Source: Balanoglossus misakiensis
Lineage: Eukaryota; Animalia; Hemichordata
NCBI GenBank assembly: GCA_040954595.2
Contig: CM082595.2
Span: 5,978,137-6,042,136, forward strand
DNA: 64,000 bases
Reading direction: 5' to 3'
Below are positions 11,401 to 26,200 of the stretch, in pieces (positions within the stretch are counted from its first letter, which is position 1; every line of letters begins with the position of its first letter). The notes below the pieces were generated by a model. It did not search any database, was not told where the DNA came from, and saw only the letters and a list, made by a program, of their open reading frames with translations. The position numbers and the translations under genes were made by a program.

Positions 11401-14260
11401 CATGATTTTTGTGAAAAATGGCCAAATTTTGAAAATTAAAAAAGTCGGAAAATTGTGATTTTTTGATGAAAATCATGGGCTATAACCCATGATTTTTGTG
11501 AAAAATGGCCAAATTTTGAAAATTAAAAAAGTCGGAAAATTGTGATTTTTTGATGAAAATCATGGGCTATAACCCATGATTTTTGTGAAAAATGGCCAAA
11601 TTTTGAAAATTAAAAAAGTCGGAAAATTGTGATTTTTTGATGAAAATCATGGGCTATAACCCATGATTTTTGTGAAAAATGGCCAAATTTTGAAAATTAA
11701 AAAAGTCGGAAAATTGTGATTTTTTGATGAAAATCATGGGCTATAACCCATGATTTTTGTGAAAAATGGCCAAATTTTGAAAATTAAAAAAGTCGGAAAA
11801 TTGTGATTTTTTGATGAAAATCATGGGCTATAACCCATGATTTTTGTGAAAAATGGCCAAATTTTGAAAATTAAAAAAGTCGGAAAATTGTGATTTTTTG
11901 ATGAAAATCATGGGCTATAACCCATGATTTTTGTGAAAAATGGCCAAATTTTGAAAATTAAAAAAGTCGGAAAATTGTGATTTTTTGATGAAAATCATGG
12001 GCTATAACCCATGATTTTTGTGAAAAGTGGCCAAATTTTGAAAATTAAAAAAGTCGGAAAATTGTGATTTTTTGATGAAAATCATGGGCTATAACCCATG
12101 ATTTTTGTGAAAAATGGCCAAATTTTGAAAATTAAAAAAGTCGGAAAATTGTGATTTTTTGATGAAAATCATGGGCTATAACCCATGATTTTTGTGAAAA
12201 ATGGCCAAATTTTGAAAATTAAAAAAGTCGGAAAATTGTGATTTTTTGATGAAAATCATGGGCTATAACCCATGATTTTTGTGAAAAATGGCCAAATTTT
12301 GAAAATTAAAAAAGTCGGAAAATTGTGATTTTTTGATGAAAATCATGGGCTATAACCCATGATTTTTGTGAAAAATGGCCAAATTTTGAAAATTAAAAAA
12401 GTCGGAAAATTGTGATTTTTTGATGAAAATCATGGGCTATAACCCATGATTTTTGTGAAAAATGGCCAAATTTTGAAAATTAAAAAAGTCGGAAAATTGT
12501 GATTTTTTGATGAAAATCATGGGCTATAACCCATGATTTTTGTGAAAAATGGCCAAATTTTGAAAATTAAAAAAGTCGGAAAATTGTGATTTTTTGATGA
12601 ACATCATGGGCTATAACCCATGATTTTTGTGAAAAATGGCCAAATTTTGAAAATTAAAAAAGTCGGAAAATTGTGATTTTTTGATGAACATCATGGGCTA
12701 TAACCCATGATTTTTGTGAAAAATGGCCAAATTTTGAAAATTAAAAAAGTCGGAAAATTGTGATTTTTTGATGAACATCATGGGCTATAACCCATGATTT
12801 TTGTGAAAAATGGCCAAATTTTGAAAATTAAAAAAGTCGGAAAATTGTGATTTTTTGATGAACATCATGGGCTATAACCCATGATTTTTGTGAAAAATGG
12901 CCAAATTTTGAAAATTAAAAAAGTCGGAAAATTGTGATTTTTTGATGAACATCATGGGCTATAACCCATGATTTTTGTGAAAAATGGCCAAATTTTGAAA
13001 ATTAAAAAAGTCGGAAAATTGTGATTTTTTGATGAACATCATGGGCTATAACCCATGATTTTTGTGAAAAATGGCCAAATTTTGAAAATTAAAAAAGTCG
13101 GAAAATTGTGATTTTTTGATGAACATCATGGGCTATAACCCATGATTTTTGTGAAAAATGGCCAAATTTTGAAAATTAAAAAAGTCGGAAAATTGTGATT
13201 TGTTGATGAAAATCATGGGCTATAACCCATGATTTTTGTGAAAAATGGCCAAATTTTGAAAATTAAAAAAGTCGGAAAATTGTGATTTTTTGATGAAAAT
13301 CATGGGCTATAACCCATGATTTTTGTGAAAAATGGCCAAATTTTGAAAATTAAAAAAGTCGGAAAATTGTGATTTTTTGATGAAAATCATGGGCTATAAC
13401 CCATGATTTTTGTGAAAAATGGCCAAATTTTGAAAATTAAAAAAGTCGGAAAATTGTGATTTTTTGATGAAAATCATGGGCTATAACCCATGATTTTTGT
13501 GAAAAATGGCCAAATTTTGAAAATTAAAAAAGTCGGAAAATTGTGATTTTTTGATGAAAATCATGGGCTATAACCCATGATTTTTGTGAAAAATGGCCAA
13601 ATTTTGAAAATTAAAAAAGTCGGAAAATTGTGATTTTTTGATGAAAATCATGGGCTATAACCCATGATTTTTGTGAAAAATGGCCAAATTTTGAAAATTA
13701 AAAAAGTCGGAAAATTGTGATTTTTTGATGAAAATCATGGGCTATAACCCATGATTTTTGTGAAAAATGGCCAAATTTTGAAAATTAAAAAAGTCGGAAA
13801 ATTGTGATTTTTTGATGAAAATCATGGGCTATAACCCATGATTTTTGTGAAAAATGGCCAAATTTTGAAAATTAAAAAAGTCGGAAAATTGTGATTTTTT
13901 GATGAAAATCATGGGCTATAACCCATGATTTTTGTGAAAAATGGCCAAATTTTGAAAATTAAAAAAGTCGGAAAATTGTGATTTTTTGATGAAAATCATG
14001 GGCTATAACCCATGATTTTTGTGAAAAATGGCCAAATTTTGAAAATTAAAAAAGTCGGAAAATTGTGATTTTTTGATGAAAATCATGGGCTATAACCCAT
14101 GATTTTTGTGAAAAATGGCCAAATTTTGAAAATTAAAAAAGTCGGAAAATTGTGATTTTTTGATGAAAATCATGGGCTATAACCCATGATTTTTGTGAAA
14201 AATGGCCAAATTTTGAAAATTAAAAAAGTCGGAAAATTGTGATTTTTTGATGAAAATCAT
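8485..14260 (+). repeat. Satellite array block 3: 87-bp B monomers, forward, almost invariant (~66 copies)
   Basis: GCTATAACCC at 8521 and 8608 (period 87); identical line register at 8521 and 10261 (1740 = 20x87). Only three variant types seen (GAACATC runs, TTTGTTG, one AAAAGTGG at ~12026). Confidence 0.98.
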
Positions 14261-17200
14261 CCAGAAATGTCAATTTTTCGACTTCGCGAAATTTCAAAAT
14301 TTGGTGATTTTTCGATAAAAACCATGGGTTATAACTCATGAAAATCATCCAGAAATGTCAATTTTTCGCCTTCGCGAAATATCAAAATTTGGTTATTTTT
14401 CGATAAAAACCATGGGTTATAGCTCATGAAAATCATCCAGAAATGTCAATTTTTCGACTTCGCGAAATTTCAAAATTTGGTGCTTTTTCGATAAAAACCA
14501 TGGGTTATAGCTCATGAAAATCATCCAGAAATGTCAATTTTTCGACTTCGCGAAATTTCAAAATTTGGTGCTTTTTCGATAAAAACCATGGGTTATAGCT
14601 CATGAAAATCATCCAGAAATGTCAATTTTTCGCCTTCGCGAAATTTCAAAATTTGGTGGTTTTTCGATAAAAACCATGGGTTATAGCTCATGAAAATCAT
14701 CCAGAAATGTCAATTTTTCGTCTACGCGAAATTTAAAAATTTGGTGATTTTTCGATAAAAACCATGGGTTATAGCTCATGAAAATCATCCAGAAATGTCA
14801 ATTTTTCGACTTCGCGAAATTTCAAAATTTGTTGATTTTTCGATAAAAACCATGGGTTATAGCTCATGAAAATCATCCAGAAATGTCAATTTTTCGCCTT
14901 CGCGAAATTTCAAAATTTGGTGATTTTTCGATAAAAACCATGGGTTATAGCTCATGAAAATCATCCAGAAATGTCAATTTTTCGACTTCGCGAAATTTCA
15001 AAATATGGTGATTTTTCGATAAAAACCATGGGTTATACCTAATGAAAATCATCCAGAAACGTCAATTTTTCGACTTCGCGAAATTTCAAAATTTGGTGGT
15101 TTTTCGATAAAAACCATGGGTTATAGCTCATGAAAATCATCCAGAAACGTCAATTTTTCGTCTTCGCGAAATTTCAAAATTTGGTGGTTTTTCGATAAAA
15201 ACCATGGGTTATAGCTCATGAAAATCATCCAGAAATGTCAATTTTTCGACTTCGCGAAATTTCAAAATTTGGTACATTTTCGATAAAAACCATTGGTTAT
15301 AGCTCATGAAAATCATCCAGAAATGTCAATTTTTCGCCTTCGCGAAATTTCAAAATTTGGTGGTTTTTCGATAAAAACCATGGGTTATAGCTCATGAAAA
15401 TCATCCAGAAATGTCAATTTTTCGACTTCGCGAAATTTCAAAATTTGGTGATTTTTCGATAAAAACCATGGGTTATAGCTCATGAAAATCATCCAGAAAT
15501 GTCAATTTTTCGACTTCGCGAAATTTCAAAATTTGGTGATTTTTCGATAAAAACCATGGGTTATAGCTCATGAAAATCATCCAGAAATGTCAATTTTTCG
15601 CCTTCGCGAAATTTCAAAATTTGGTGATTTTTCGATAAAAACCATGGGTTATAGCTCATGAAAATCATCCAGAAATGTCAATTTTTCGACTTCGCGAAAT
15701 TTCAAAATTTAGTGATTTTTCGATAAAAACCATGGGTTTTAGCTCATGAAAATCATCCAGAAATGTCAATTTTTCGACTTCGCGAAATTTCAAAATTTGG
15801 TGATTTTTCGATAAAAACCATGGGTTATAGCTCATGAAAATCATCCAGAAATGTCAATTTTTCGACTTTGCGAAATTTCAAAATTTCGTGTTTTTTCGAT
15901 AAAAACCATGGGTTATAGCTCATGAAAATCATCCAGAAATGTCAATTTTTCGACTTCGCGAAATTTCAAAATTTGGTGCTTTTTCGATAAAAACCATGGG
16001 TTATAGCTCATGAAAATCATCCAGAAATGTCAATTTTTCGACTTCGCGAAATTTCAAAATTTGGTGGTTTTTCGATAAAATCCATGGGTTATAGCTCATG
16101 AAAATCATCCAGAAATGTCAATTTTTCGCCTTCGCGAAATTTCAAAATTTGGTGGTTTTTCGATAAAAACCATGGGTTATAGCTCATGAAAATCATCCAG
16201 AAATGTCAATTTTTCGACTTTGCGAAATTTCAAAATTTCGTGTTTTTTCGATAAAAACCATGGGTTATAGCTCATGAAAATCATCCAGAAATGTCAATTT
16301 TTCGACTTCGCGAAATTTCAAAATTTGGTGCTTTTTCGATAAAAACCATGGGTTATAGCTCATGAAAATCATCCAGAAATGTCAATTTTTCGACTTCGCG
16401 AAATTTCAAAATTTGGTGCTTTTTCGATAAAATCCATGGGTTATAGCTCATGAAAATCATCCAGAAATGTCAATTTTTCGCCTTCGCGAAATTTCAAAAT
16501 TTGGTGGTTTTTCGATAAAAACCATGGGTTATAGCTCATGAAAATCATCCAGAAATGTCAATTTTCTGACTACGCGAAATTTAAAAATTTGGTGATTTTT
16601 TGATAAAAACCATGGGTTATAGCTCATGAAAATCATCCAGAAATGTCAATTTTTCGACTTCGCGAAATTTAAAAATTTGGTGATTTTTCGATAAAAACCA
16701 TGGGTTATAGCTCATGAAAATCATCCCGAAATGTCAATTTTTCGACTTCGCGAAATTTCAAAATTTGGTGATTTTTCGATAAAAACCATGGGTTATAGCT
16801 CATGAAAATCATCCAGAAATGTCAATTTTTCGCCTTCGCGAAATTTCAAAATTTGGTGATTTTTCGATAAAAACCATGGGTTTTAGCTCATGAAAATCAT
16901 CCAGAAATGTCAATTTTTCGACTTCGCGAAATTTCAAAATTTGGTGATTTTTCGATAAAAACCATGGGTTTTAGCTCATGAAAATCATCCAGAAATGTCA
17001 ATTTTTCGACTTCGCGAAATTTCAAAATTTGGTGATTTTTCGATAAAAACCATGGGTTATAGCTCATGAAAATCATCCAGAAATGTCAGTTTTTCGACTT
17101 TGCGAAATTTCAAAATTTCGTGTTTTTTCGATAAAAACCATGGGTTATAGCTCATGAAAATCATCCAGAAATGTCAATTTTTCGACTTCGCGAAATTTCA

Positions 17201-20200
17201 AAATTTGGTGCTTTTTCGATAAAAACCATGGGTTATAGCTCATGAAAATCATCCAGAAATGTCAATTTTTCGACTTCGCGAAATTTCAAAATTTGGTGCT
17301 TTTTCGATAAAATCCATGGGTTATAGCTCATGAAAATCATCCAGAAATGTCAATTTTTCGCCTTCGCGAAATTTCAAAATTTGGTGGTTTTTCGATAAAA
17401 ACCGTGGGTTATAGCTCATGAAAATCATCCAGAAATGTCAATTTTCTGACTACGCGAAATTTAAAAATTTGGTGATTTTTTGATAAAAACCATGGGTTAT
17501 AGCTCATGAAAATCATCCAGAAATGTCAATTTTTCGACTTCGCGAAATTTCAAAATTTGGTGATTTTTCGATAAAAACCATGGGTTATAGCTCATGAAAA
17601 TCATCCAGAAATGTCAATTTTTCGACTTCGCGAAATTTCAAAATTTGGTGATTTTTCGATAAAAACCATGGGTTATAGCTCATGAAAATCATCCAGAAAT
17701 GTCAATTTTTCGCCTTCGCAAAATTTCAAAATTTGGTGGTTTTTCGATAAAAACCATGGGTTATAGCTCATGAAAATCATCCAGAAATGTCAATTTTTCG
17801 ACTTCGCGAAATTTCAAAATTTGGTACATTTTCGATAAAAACCATTGGTTATAGCTCATGAAAATCATCCAGAAATGTCAATTTTTCGACTTCGCGAAAT
17901 TTCAAAATTTGGTGCTTTTTCGATAAAATCCATGGGTTATAGCTCATGAAAATCATCCAGAAATGTCAATTTTTCGCCTTCGCGAAATTTCAAAATTTGG
18001 TGGTTTTTCGATAAAAACCATGGGTTATAGCTCATGAAAATCATCCAGAAATGTCAATTTTTCGACTTTGCGAAATTTCAAAATTTCGTGTTTTTTCGAT
18101 AAAAACCATGGGTTATAGCTCATGAAAATCATCCAGAAATGTCAATTTTTCGACTTCGCGAAATTTCAAAATTTGGTGCTTTTTCGATAAAAACCATGGG
18201 TTATAGCTCATGAAAATCATCCAGAAATGTCAATTTTTCGACTTCGCGAAATTTCAAAATTTGGTGCTTTTTCGATAAAATCCATGGGTTATAGCTCATG
18301 AAAATCATCCAGAAATGTCAATTTTTCGCCTTCGCGAAATTTCAAAATTTGGTGGTTTTTCGATAAAAACCATGGGTTATAGCTCATGAAAATCATCCAG
18401 AAATGTCAATTTTCTGACTACGCGAAATTTAAAAATTTGGTGATTTTTTGATAAAAACCATGGGTTATAGCTCATGAAAATCATCCAGAAATGTCAATTT
18501 TTCGACTTCGCGAAATTTAAAAATTTGGTGATTTTTCGATAAAAACCATGGGTTATAGCTCATGAAAATCATCCCGAAATGTCAATTTTTCGACTTCGCG
18601 AAATTTCAAAATTTGGTGATTTTTCGATAAAAACCATGGGTTATAGCTCATGAAAATCATCCAGAAATGTCAATTTTTCGCCTTCGCGAAATTTCAAAAT
18701 TTGGTGATTTTTCGATAAAAACCATGGGTTTTAGCTCATGAAAATCATCCAGAAATGTCAATTTTTCGACTTCGCGAAATTTCAAAATTTGGTGATTTTT
18801 CGATAAAAACCATGGGTTTTAGCTCATGAAAATCATCCAGAAATGTCAATTTTTCGACTTCGCGAAATTTCAAAATTTGGTGATTTTTCGATAAAAACCA
18901 TGGGTTATAGCTCATGAAAATCATCCAGAAATGTCAGTTTTTCGACTTTGCGAAATTTCAAAATTTCGTGTTTTTTCGATAAAAACCATGGGTTATAGCT
19001 CATGAAAATCATCCAGAAATGTCAATTTTTCGACTTCGCGAAATTTCAAAATTTGGTGCTTTTTCGATAAAAACCATGGGTTATAGCTCATGAAAATCAT
19101 CCAGAAATGTCAATTTTTCGACTTCGCGAAATTTCAAAATTTGGTGCTTTTTCGATAAAATCCATGGGTTATAGCTCATGAAAATCATCCAGAAATGTCA
19201 ATTTTTCGCCTTCGCGAAATTTCAAAATTTGGTGGTTTTTCGATAAAAACCGTGGGTTATAGCTCATGAAAATCATCCAGAAATGTCAATTTTCTGACTA
19301 CGCGAAATTTAAAAATTTGGTGATTTTTTGATAAAAACCATGGGTTATAGCTCATGAAAATCATCCAGAAATGTCAATTTTTCGACTTCGCGAAATTTCA
19401 AAATTTGGTGATTTTTCGATAAAAACCATGGGTTATAGCTCATGAAAATCATCCAGAAATGTCAATTTTTCGACTTCGCGAAATTTCAAAATTTGGTGAT
19501 TTTTCGATAAAAACCATGGGTTATAGCTCATGAAAATCATCCAGAAATGTCAATTTTTCGCCTTCGCAAAATTTCAAAATTTGGTGGTTTTTCGATAAAA
19601 ACCATGGGTTATAGCTCATGAAAATCATCCAGAAATGTCAACTTTTCGACTTCGCGAAATTTCAAAATTTGGTACATTTTCGATAAAAACCATTGGTTAT
19701 AGCTCATGAAAATCATCCAGAAATGTCAATTTTTCGACTTCGCGAAATTTCAAAATTTGGTGCTTTTTCGATAAAAACCATGGGTTATAGCTCATGAAAA
19801 TCATCCATAAATGTCAATTTTTCGACTTCGCGAAATTTCAAAATTTGGTGGTTTTTCGATAAAATCCATGGGTTATAGCTCATGAAAATCATCCAGAAAT
19901 GTCAATTTTTCGCCTTCGCGAAATTTCAAAATTTGGTGGTTTTTCGATAAAAACCATGGGTTATAGCTCATGAAAATCATCCAGAAATGTCAATTTTTCG
20001 ACTACGCGAAATTTAAAAATTTGGTGATTTTTTGATAAAAACCATGGGTTATAGCTCATGAAAATCATCCAGAAATGTCAATTTTTCGACTACGCGAAAT
20101 TTAAAAATTTGGTGATTTTTTGATAAAAACCATGGGTTATAGCTCATGAAAATCATCCAGAAATGTCAATTTTTCGCCTTCGCGAAATTTCAAAATTTGG

Positions 20201-23200
20201 TGATTTTTCGATAAAAACCATGGGTTTTAGATCATGAAAATCATCCAGAAATGTCAATTTTTCGACTTCGGGAAATACAAAAAATTTGGTGGTTTTTCGA
20301 TAAAAACCATGGGTTATAGCTCATGAAAATCATCCAGAAATGTCAATTTTTCGACTACGCGAAATTTAAAAATTTGGTGATTTTTTGATAAAAACCATGG
20401 GTTATAGCTCATGAAAATCATCCAGAAATGTCAATTTTTCGACTTCGGGAAATTTCAAAATTTGGTGGTTTTTCGATAAAAACCATGGGTTATAGCTCAT
20501 GAAAATCATCCAGAAATGTCAATTTTTCGACTACGCGAAATTTAAAAATTTGGTGATTTTTTGATAAAAACCATGGGTTATAGTTCATGAAAATCATCCA
20601 GAAATGTCAATTTTTCGACTTCGCGAAATTTCAAAATTTGGTGATTTTTCGATAAAAACCATGGGTTATAGCTCATGAAAATCATCCAGAAATGTCAATT
20701 TTTCGACTTCGCGAAATTTCAAAATTTGGTGATTTTTCGATAAAAACCATGGGTTATAGCTCATGAAAATCATCCAGAAATGTCAATTTTTCGACTTCGC
20801 GAAATTTCAAAATTTGGTGCTTTTTCGATAAAATCCATGGGTTATAGCTCATGAAAATCATCCAGAAATGTCAATTTTTCGCCTTCGCGAAATTTCAAAA
20901 TTTGGTGATTTTTCGATAAAAACCATGGGTTATAGCTCATGAAAATCATCCAGAAATGTCAATTTTTCGACTTCGCGAAATTTCAAAAATTGTTGATTAT
21001 TCGATAAAAACCATGGGTTATAGCTCATGAAAATCATCCAGAAATGTTAATTTTTCGACTTCGCGAAATTTCAAAATTTGGTGGTTTTTCGATAAAAAAC
21101 ATGGGTTATACCTCATGAAAATCATCCAGAAATGTCAATTTTTCGACTTCGCGAAATTTCAAAATTTCCTGGTTTTTCGATAAAAACCATGGGTTATAGC
21201 TCATGAAAATCATCCAGAAATGTCAATTTTTCGACATCGCGAAATTTCAAAATTTGGTGATTTTTTGATAAAAACCATGGGTTATAGCTCATGAAAATCA
21301 TCCAGAAATGTCAATTTTTCGACTTCGGGAAATTTCAAAATTTGGTGGTTTTTCGATAAAAACCATGGGTTATAGCTCATGAAAATCATCCAGAAATGTC
21401 AATTTTTCGACTACGCGAAATTTAAAAATTTGGTGATTTTTTGATAAAAACCATTGGTTATAGTTCATGAAAATCATCCAGAAATGTCAATTTTTCGACT
21501 TCGCGAAATTTCAAAATTTGGTGATTTTTCGATAAAAACCATGGGTTATAGCTCATGAAAATCATCCAGAAATGTCAATTTTTCGATTTCGCGAAATTTC
21601 AAAATTTGGTGATTTTTCGATAAAAACCATGGGTTATAGCTCATGAAAATCATCCAGAAATGTCAATTTTTCGACTTCGCGAAATTTCAAAATTTGGTGC
21701 TTTTTCGATAAAATCCATGGGTTATAGCTCATGAAAATCATCCAGAAATGTCAATTTTTCGCCTTCGCGAAATTTCAAAATTTGGTGATTTTTCGATAAA
21801 AACCATGGGTTATAGCTCATGAAAATCATCCAGAAATGTCAATTTTTCGACTTCGCGAAATTTCAAAAATTGTTGATTATTCGATAAAAACCATGGGTTA
21901 TAGCTCATGAAAATCATCCAGAAATGTTAATTTTTCGACTTCGCGAAATTTCAAAATTTGGTGGTTTTTCGATAAAAAACATGGGTTATACCTCATGAAA
22001 ATCATCCAGAAATGTCAATTTTTCGACTTCGCGAAATTTCAAAATTTCCTGGTTTTTCGATAAAAACCATGGGTTATAGCTCATGAAAATCATCCAGAAA
22101 TGTCAATTTTTCGACTTCGCGAAATTTCAAAATTTGGTGCTTTTTCGATAAAAACCATGGGTTATAGCTCATGAAAATCGTCCAGAAATGTCAATTTTTC
22201 GACTTCGCGAAATTTCAAAATTTGGTGCTTTTTCGATAAAAACCATGGGTTATAGCTCATGTAAATCATCCAGAAATGTCAATTTTTCGACTTCGCGAAA
22301 TTTCAAAATTTGGTGGTTTTTCGATAAAAACCATGGGTTATAGCTCATGAAAATCATCCAGAAATGTCAATTTTTCGACTTCTGGAAATTTCAAAATTTG
22401 GTGGTTTTTCGATAAAAACCATGGGTTATAGCTCATGAAAATCATCCAGAAATGTCAATTTTTCGACTTCGGGAAATTTCAAAATTTGGTGGTTTTTCGA
22501 TAAAAACCATGGGTTATAGCTCATGAAAATCATCCAGAAATGTCAATTTTTCGACTACGCGAAATTTAAAAATTTGGTGATTTTTTGATAAAAACCATGG
22601 GTTATAGTTCATGAAAATCATCCAGAAATGTCAATTTTTCGACTTCGCGAAATTTCAAAATTTGGTGATTTTTCGATAAAAACCATGGGTTATAGCTCAT
22701 GAAAATCATCCAGAAATGTCAATTTTTCGACTTCGCGAAATTTCAAAATTTGGTGATTTTTCGATAAAAACCATGGGTTATAGCTCATGAAAATCATCCA
22801 GAAATGTCAATTTTTCGACTTCGCGAAATTTCAAAATTTGGTGCTTTTTCGATAAAATCCATGGGTTATAGCTCATGAAAATCATCCAGAAATGTCAATT
22901 TTTCGCCTTCGCGAAATTTCAAAATTTGGTGATTTTTCGATAAAAACCATGGGTTATAGCTCATGAAAATCATCCAGAAATGTCAATTTTTCGACTTCGC
23001 GAAATTTCAAAAATTGTTGATTATTCGATAAAAACCATGGGTTATAGCTCATGAAAATCATCCAGAAATGTTAATTTTTCGACTTCGCGAAATTTCAAAA
23101 TTTGGTGGTTTTTCGATAAAAAACATGGGTTATACCTCATGAAAATCATCCAGAAATGTCAATTTTTCGACTTCGCGAAATTTCAAAATTTCCTGGTTTT

Positions 23201-26200
23201 TCGATAAAAACCATGGGTTATAGCTCATGAAAATCATCCAGAAATGTCAATTTTTCGACTTCGCGAAATTTCAAAATTTGGTGATTTTTCGATAAAAACC
23301 ATGGGTTATAGCTCATGAAAATCATCCAGAAATGTCAATTTTTCGACTTCGCGAAATTTCAAAATTTGGTGCTTTTTCGATAAAATCCATGGGTTATAGC
23401 TCAAGAAAATCATCCATAAATGTCAATTTTTCGCCTTCGCGAAATTTCAAAATTTGGTGGTTTTTCGATAAAAACCATGGGTTATAGCTCATGAAAATCA
23501 TCCAGAAATGTCAATTTTTCGCCTTCGCGAAATTTCAAAATTTGGTGATTTTTCGATAAAAACCATGGGTTTTAGATCATGAAAATCATCCAGAAATGTC
23601 AATTTTTCGACTTCGGGAAATTTCAAAATTTGGTGGTTTTTCGATAAAAACCATGGGTTATAGCTCATGAAAATCATCCAGAAATGTCAATTTTTCGCCT
23701 TCGCGAAATTTCAAAATTTGGTGGTTTTTCGATAAAAACCATGGGTTATAGCTCATGAAAATCATCCAGAAATGTCAATTTTTCGCCTTCGCGAAATTTC
23801 AAAATTTGGTGATTTTTCGATAAAAACCATGGGTTATAGCTCATGTAAATCATCCAGAAATGTCAATTTTTCGACTTCGCGAAATTTCAAAATTTGGTGG
23901 TTTTTCGATAAAAACCATGGGTTATAGCTCATGAAAATCATCCAGAAATGTCAATTTTTCGACTTCGGGAAATTTCAAAATTTGGTGGTTTTTCGATAAA
24001 AACCATGGGTTATAGCTCATGAAAATCATCCAGAAATGTCAATTTTTCGACTACGCGAAATTTAAAAATTTGGTGATTTTTTGATAAAAACCATGGGTTA
24101 TAGCTCATGAAAATCATCCAGAAATGTCAATTTTTCGACTTCGCGAAATTTCAAAATTTGGTGATTTTTTGATAAAAACCATGGGTTATAGCTCATGAAA
24201 ATCGTCCAGAAATGTCAATTTTTCGACTTCGCGAAATTTCAAAATTTGGTGCTTTTTCGATAAAAACCATGGGTTATAGCTCATGTAAATCATCCAGAAA
24301 TGTCAATTTTTCGACTTCGCGAAATTTCAAAATTTGGTGGTTTTTCGATAAAAACCATGGGTTATAGCTCATGAAAATCATCCAGAAATGTCAATTTTTC
24401 GACTACGCGAAATTTAAAAATTTGGTGATTTTTTGATAAAAACCATGGGTTATAGCTCATGAAAATCATCCAGAAATGTCAATTTTTCGACTTCGCGAAA
24501 TTTCAAAATTTGGTGATTTTTCGATAAAAACCATGGGTTATAGCTCATGAAAATCATCCAGAAATGTTAATTTTTCGACTTCGCGAAATTTCAAAATTTG
24601 GTGGTTTTTCGATAAAAACCAAGGGTTATAGCTCATGAAAATCATCCAGAAATGTCAATTTTTCGACTTCGCGAAATTTCAAAATTTCCTGGTTTTTCGA
24701 TAAAAACCATGGGTTATAGCTCATGAAAATCATCCAGAAATGTCAATTTTTCGCCTTCGCGAAATTTCAAAATTTGGTGATTTTTCGATAAAAACCATGG
24801 GTTTTAGATCATGAAAATCATCCAGAAATGTCAATTTTTCGACTTCGGGAAATTTCAAAATTTGGTGGTTTTTCGATAAAAACCATGGGTTATAGCTCAT
24901 GAAAATCATCCAGAAATGTCAATTTTTCGACTACGCGAAATTTAAAAATTTGGTGATTTTTTGATAAAAACCATGGGTTATAGCTCATGAAAATCATCCA
25001 GAAATGTCAATTTTTCGACTTCGGGAAATTTCAAAATTTGGTGGTTTTTCGATAAAAACATTGGGTTATAGCTCATGAAAATCATCCAGAAATGTCAATT
25101 TTTCGACTACGCGAAATTTAAAAATTTGGTGATTTTTTGATAAAAACCATGGGTTATAGCTCATGAAAATCATCCAGAAATGTCAATTTTTCGACTTCGC
25201 GAAATTTCAAAATTTGGTGATTTTTCGATAAAAACCATGGGTTATAGCTCATGAAAATCATCCAGAAATGTCAATTTTTCGACTTCGCGAAATTTCAAAA
25301 TTTGGTGCTTTTTCGATAAAATCCATGGGTTATAGCTCATGAAAATCATCCAGAAATGTCAATTTTTCGCCTTCGCGAAATTTCAAAATTTGGTGGTTTT
25401 TCGATAAAAACCATGGGTTATAGCTCATGAAAATCATCCAGAAATGTCAATTTTTCGCCTTCGCGAAATTTCAAAATTTGGTGATTTTTCGATAAAAACC
25501 ATGGGTTTTAGATCATGAAAATCATCCAGAAATGTCAATTTTTCGACTTCGGGAAATTTCAAAATTTGGTGGTTTTTCGATAAAAACCATGGGTTATAGC
25601 TCATGAAAATCATCCAGAAATGTCAATTTTTCGACTACGCGAAATTTAAAAATTTGGTGATTTTTTGATAAAAACCATGGGTTATAGCTCATGAAAATCA
25701 TCCAGAAATGTCAATTTTTCGACTTCGGGAAATTTCAAAATTTGGTGGTTTTTCGATAAAAACCATGGGTTATAGCTCATGAAAATCATCCAGAAATGTC
25801 AATTTTTCGACTACGCGAAATTTAAAAATTTGGTGATTTTTTGATAAAAACCATGGGTTATAGCTCATGAAAATCATCCAGAAATGTCAATTTTTCGACT
25901 TCGCGAAATTTCAAAATTTGGTGATTTTTCGATAAAAACCATGGGTTATAGCTCATGAAAATCATCCAGAAATGTCAATTTTTCGACTTCGCGATATTTC
26001 AAAATTTGGTGCTTTTTCGATAAAATCCATGGGTTATAGCTCATGAAAATCATCCAGAAATGTCAATTTTTCGCCTTCGCGAAATTTCAAAATTTGGTGA
26101 TTTTTCGATAAAAACCATGGGTTATAGCTCATGAAAATCATCCAGAAATGTCAATTTTTCGACTTCGCGAAATTTCAAAATTTGTTGATTATTCGATAAA

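Noticed and set aside
20260-20275. CENP-B-box-like TTCGACTTCGGG in some A2 variants
   Set aside because: The canonical box needs 7 nt between TTCG and CGGG with a fixed A; here there are 4 nt.
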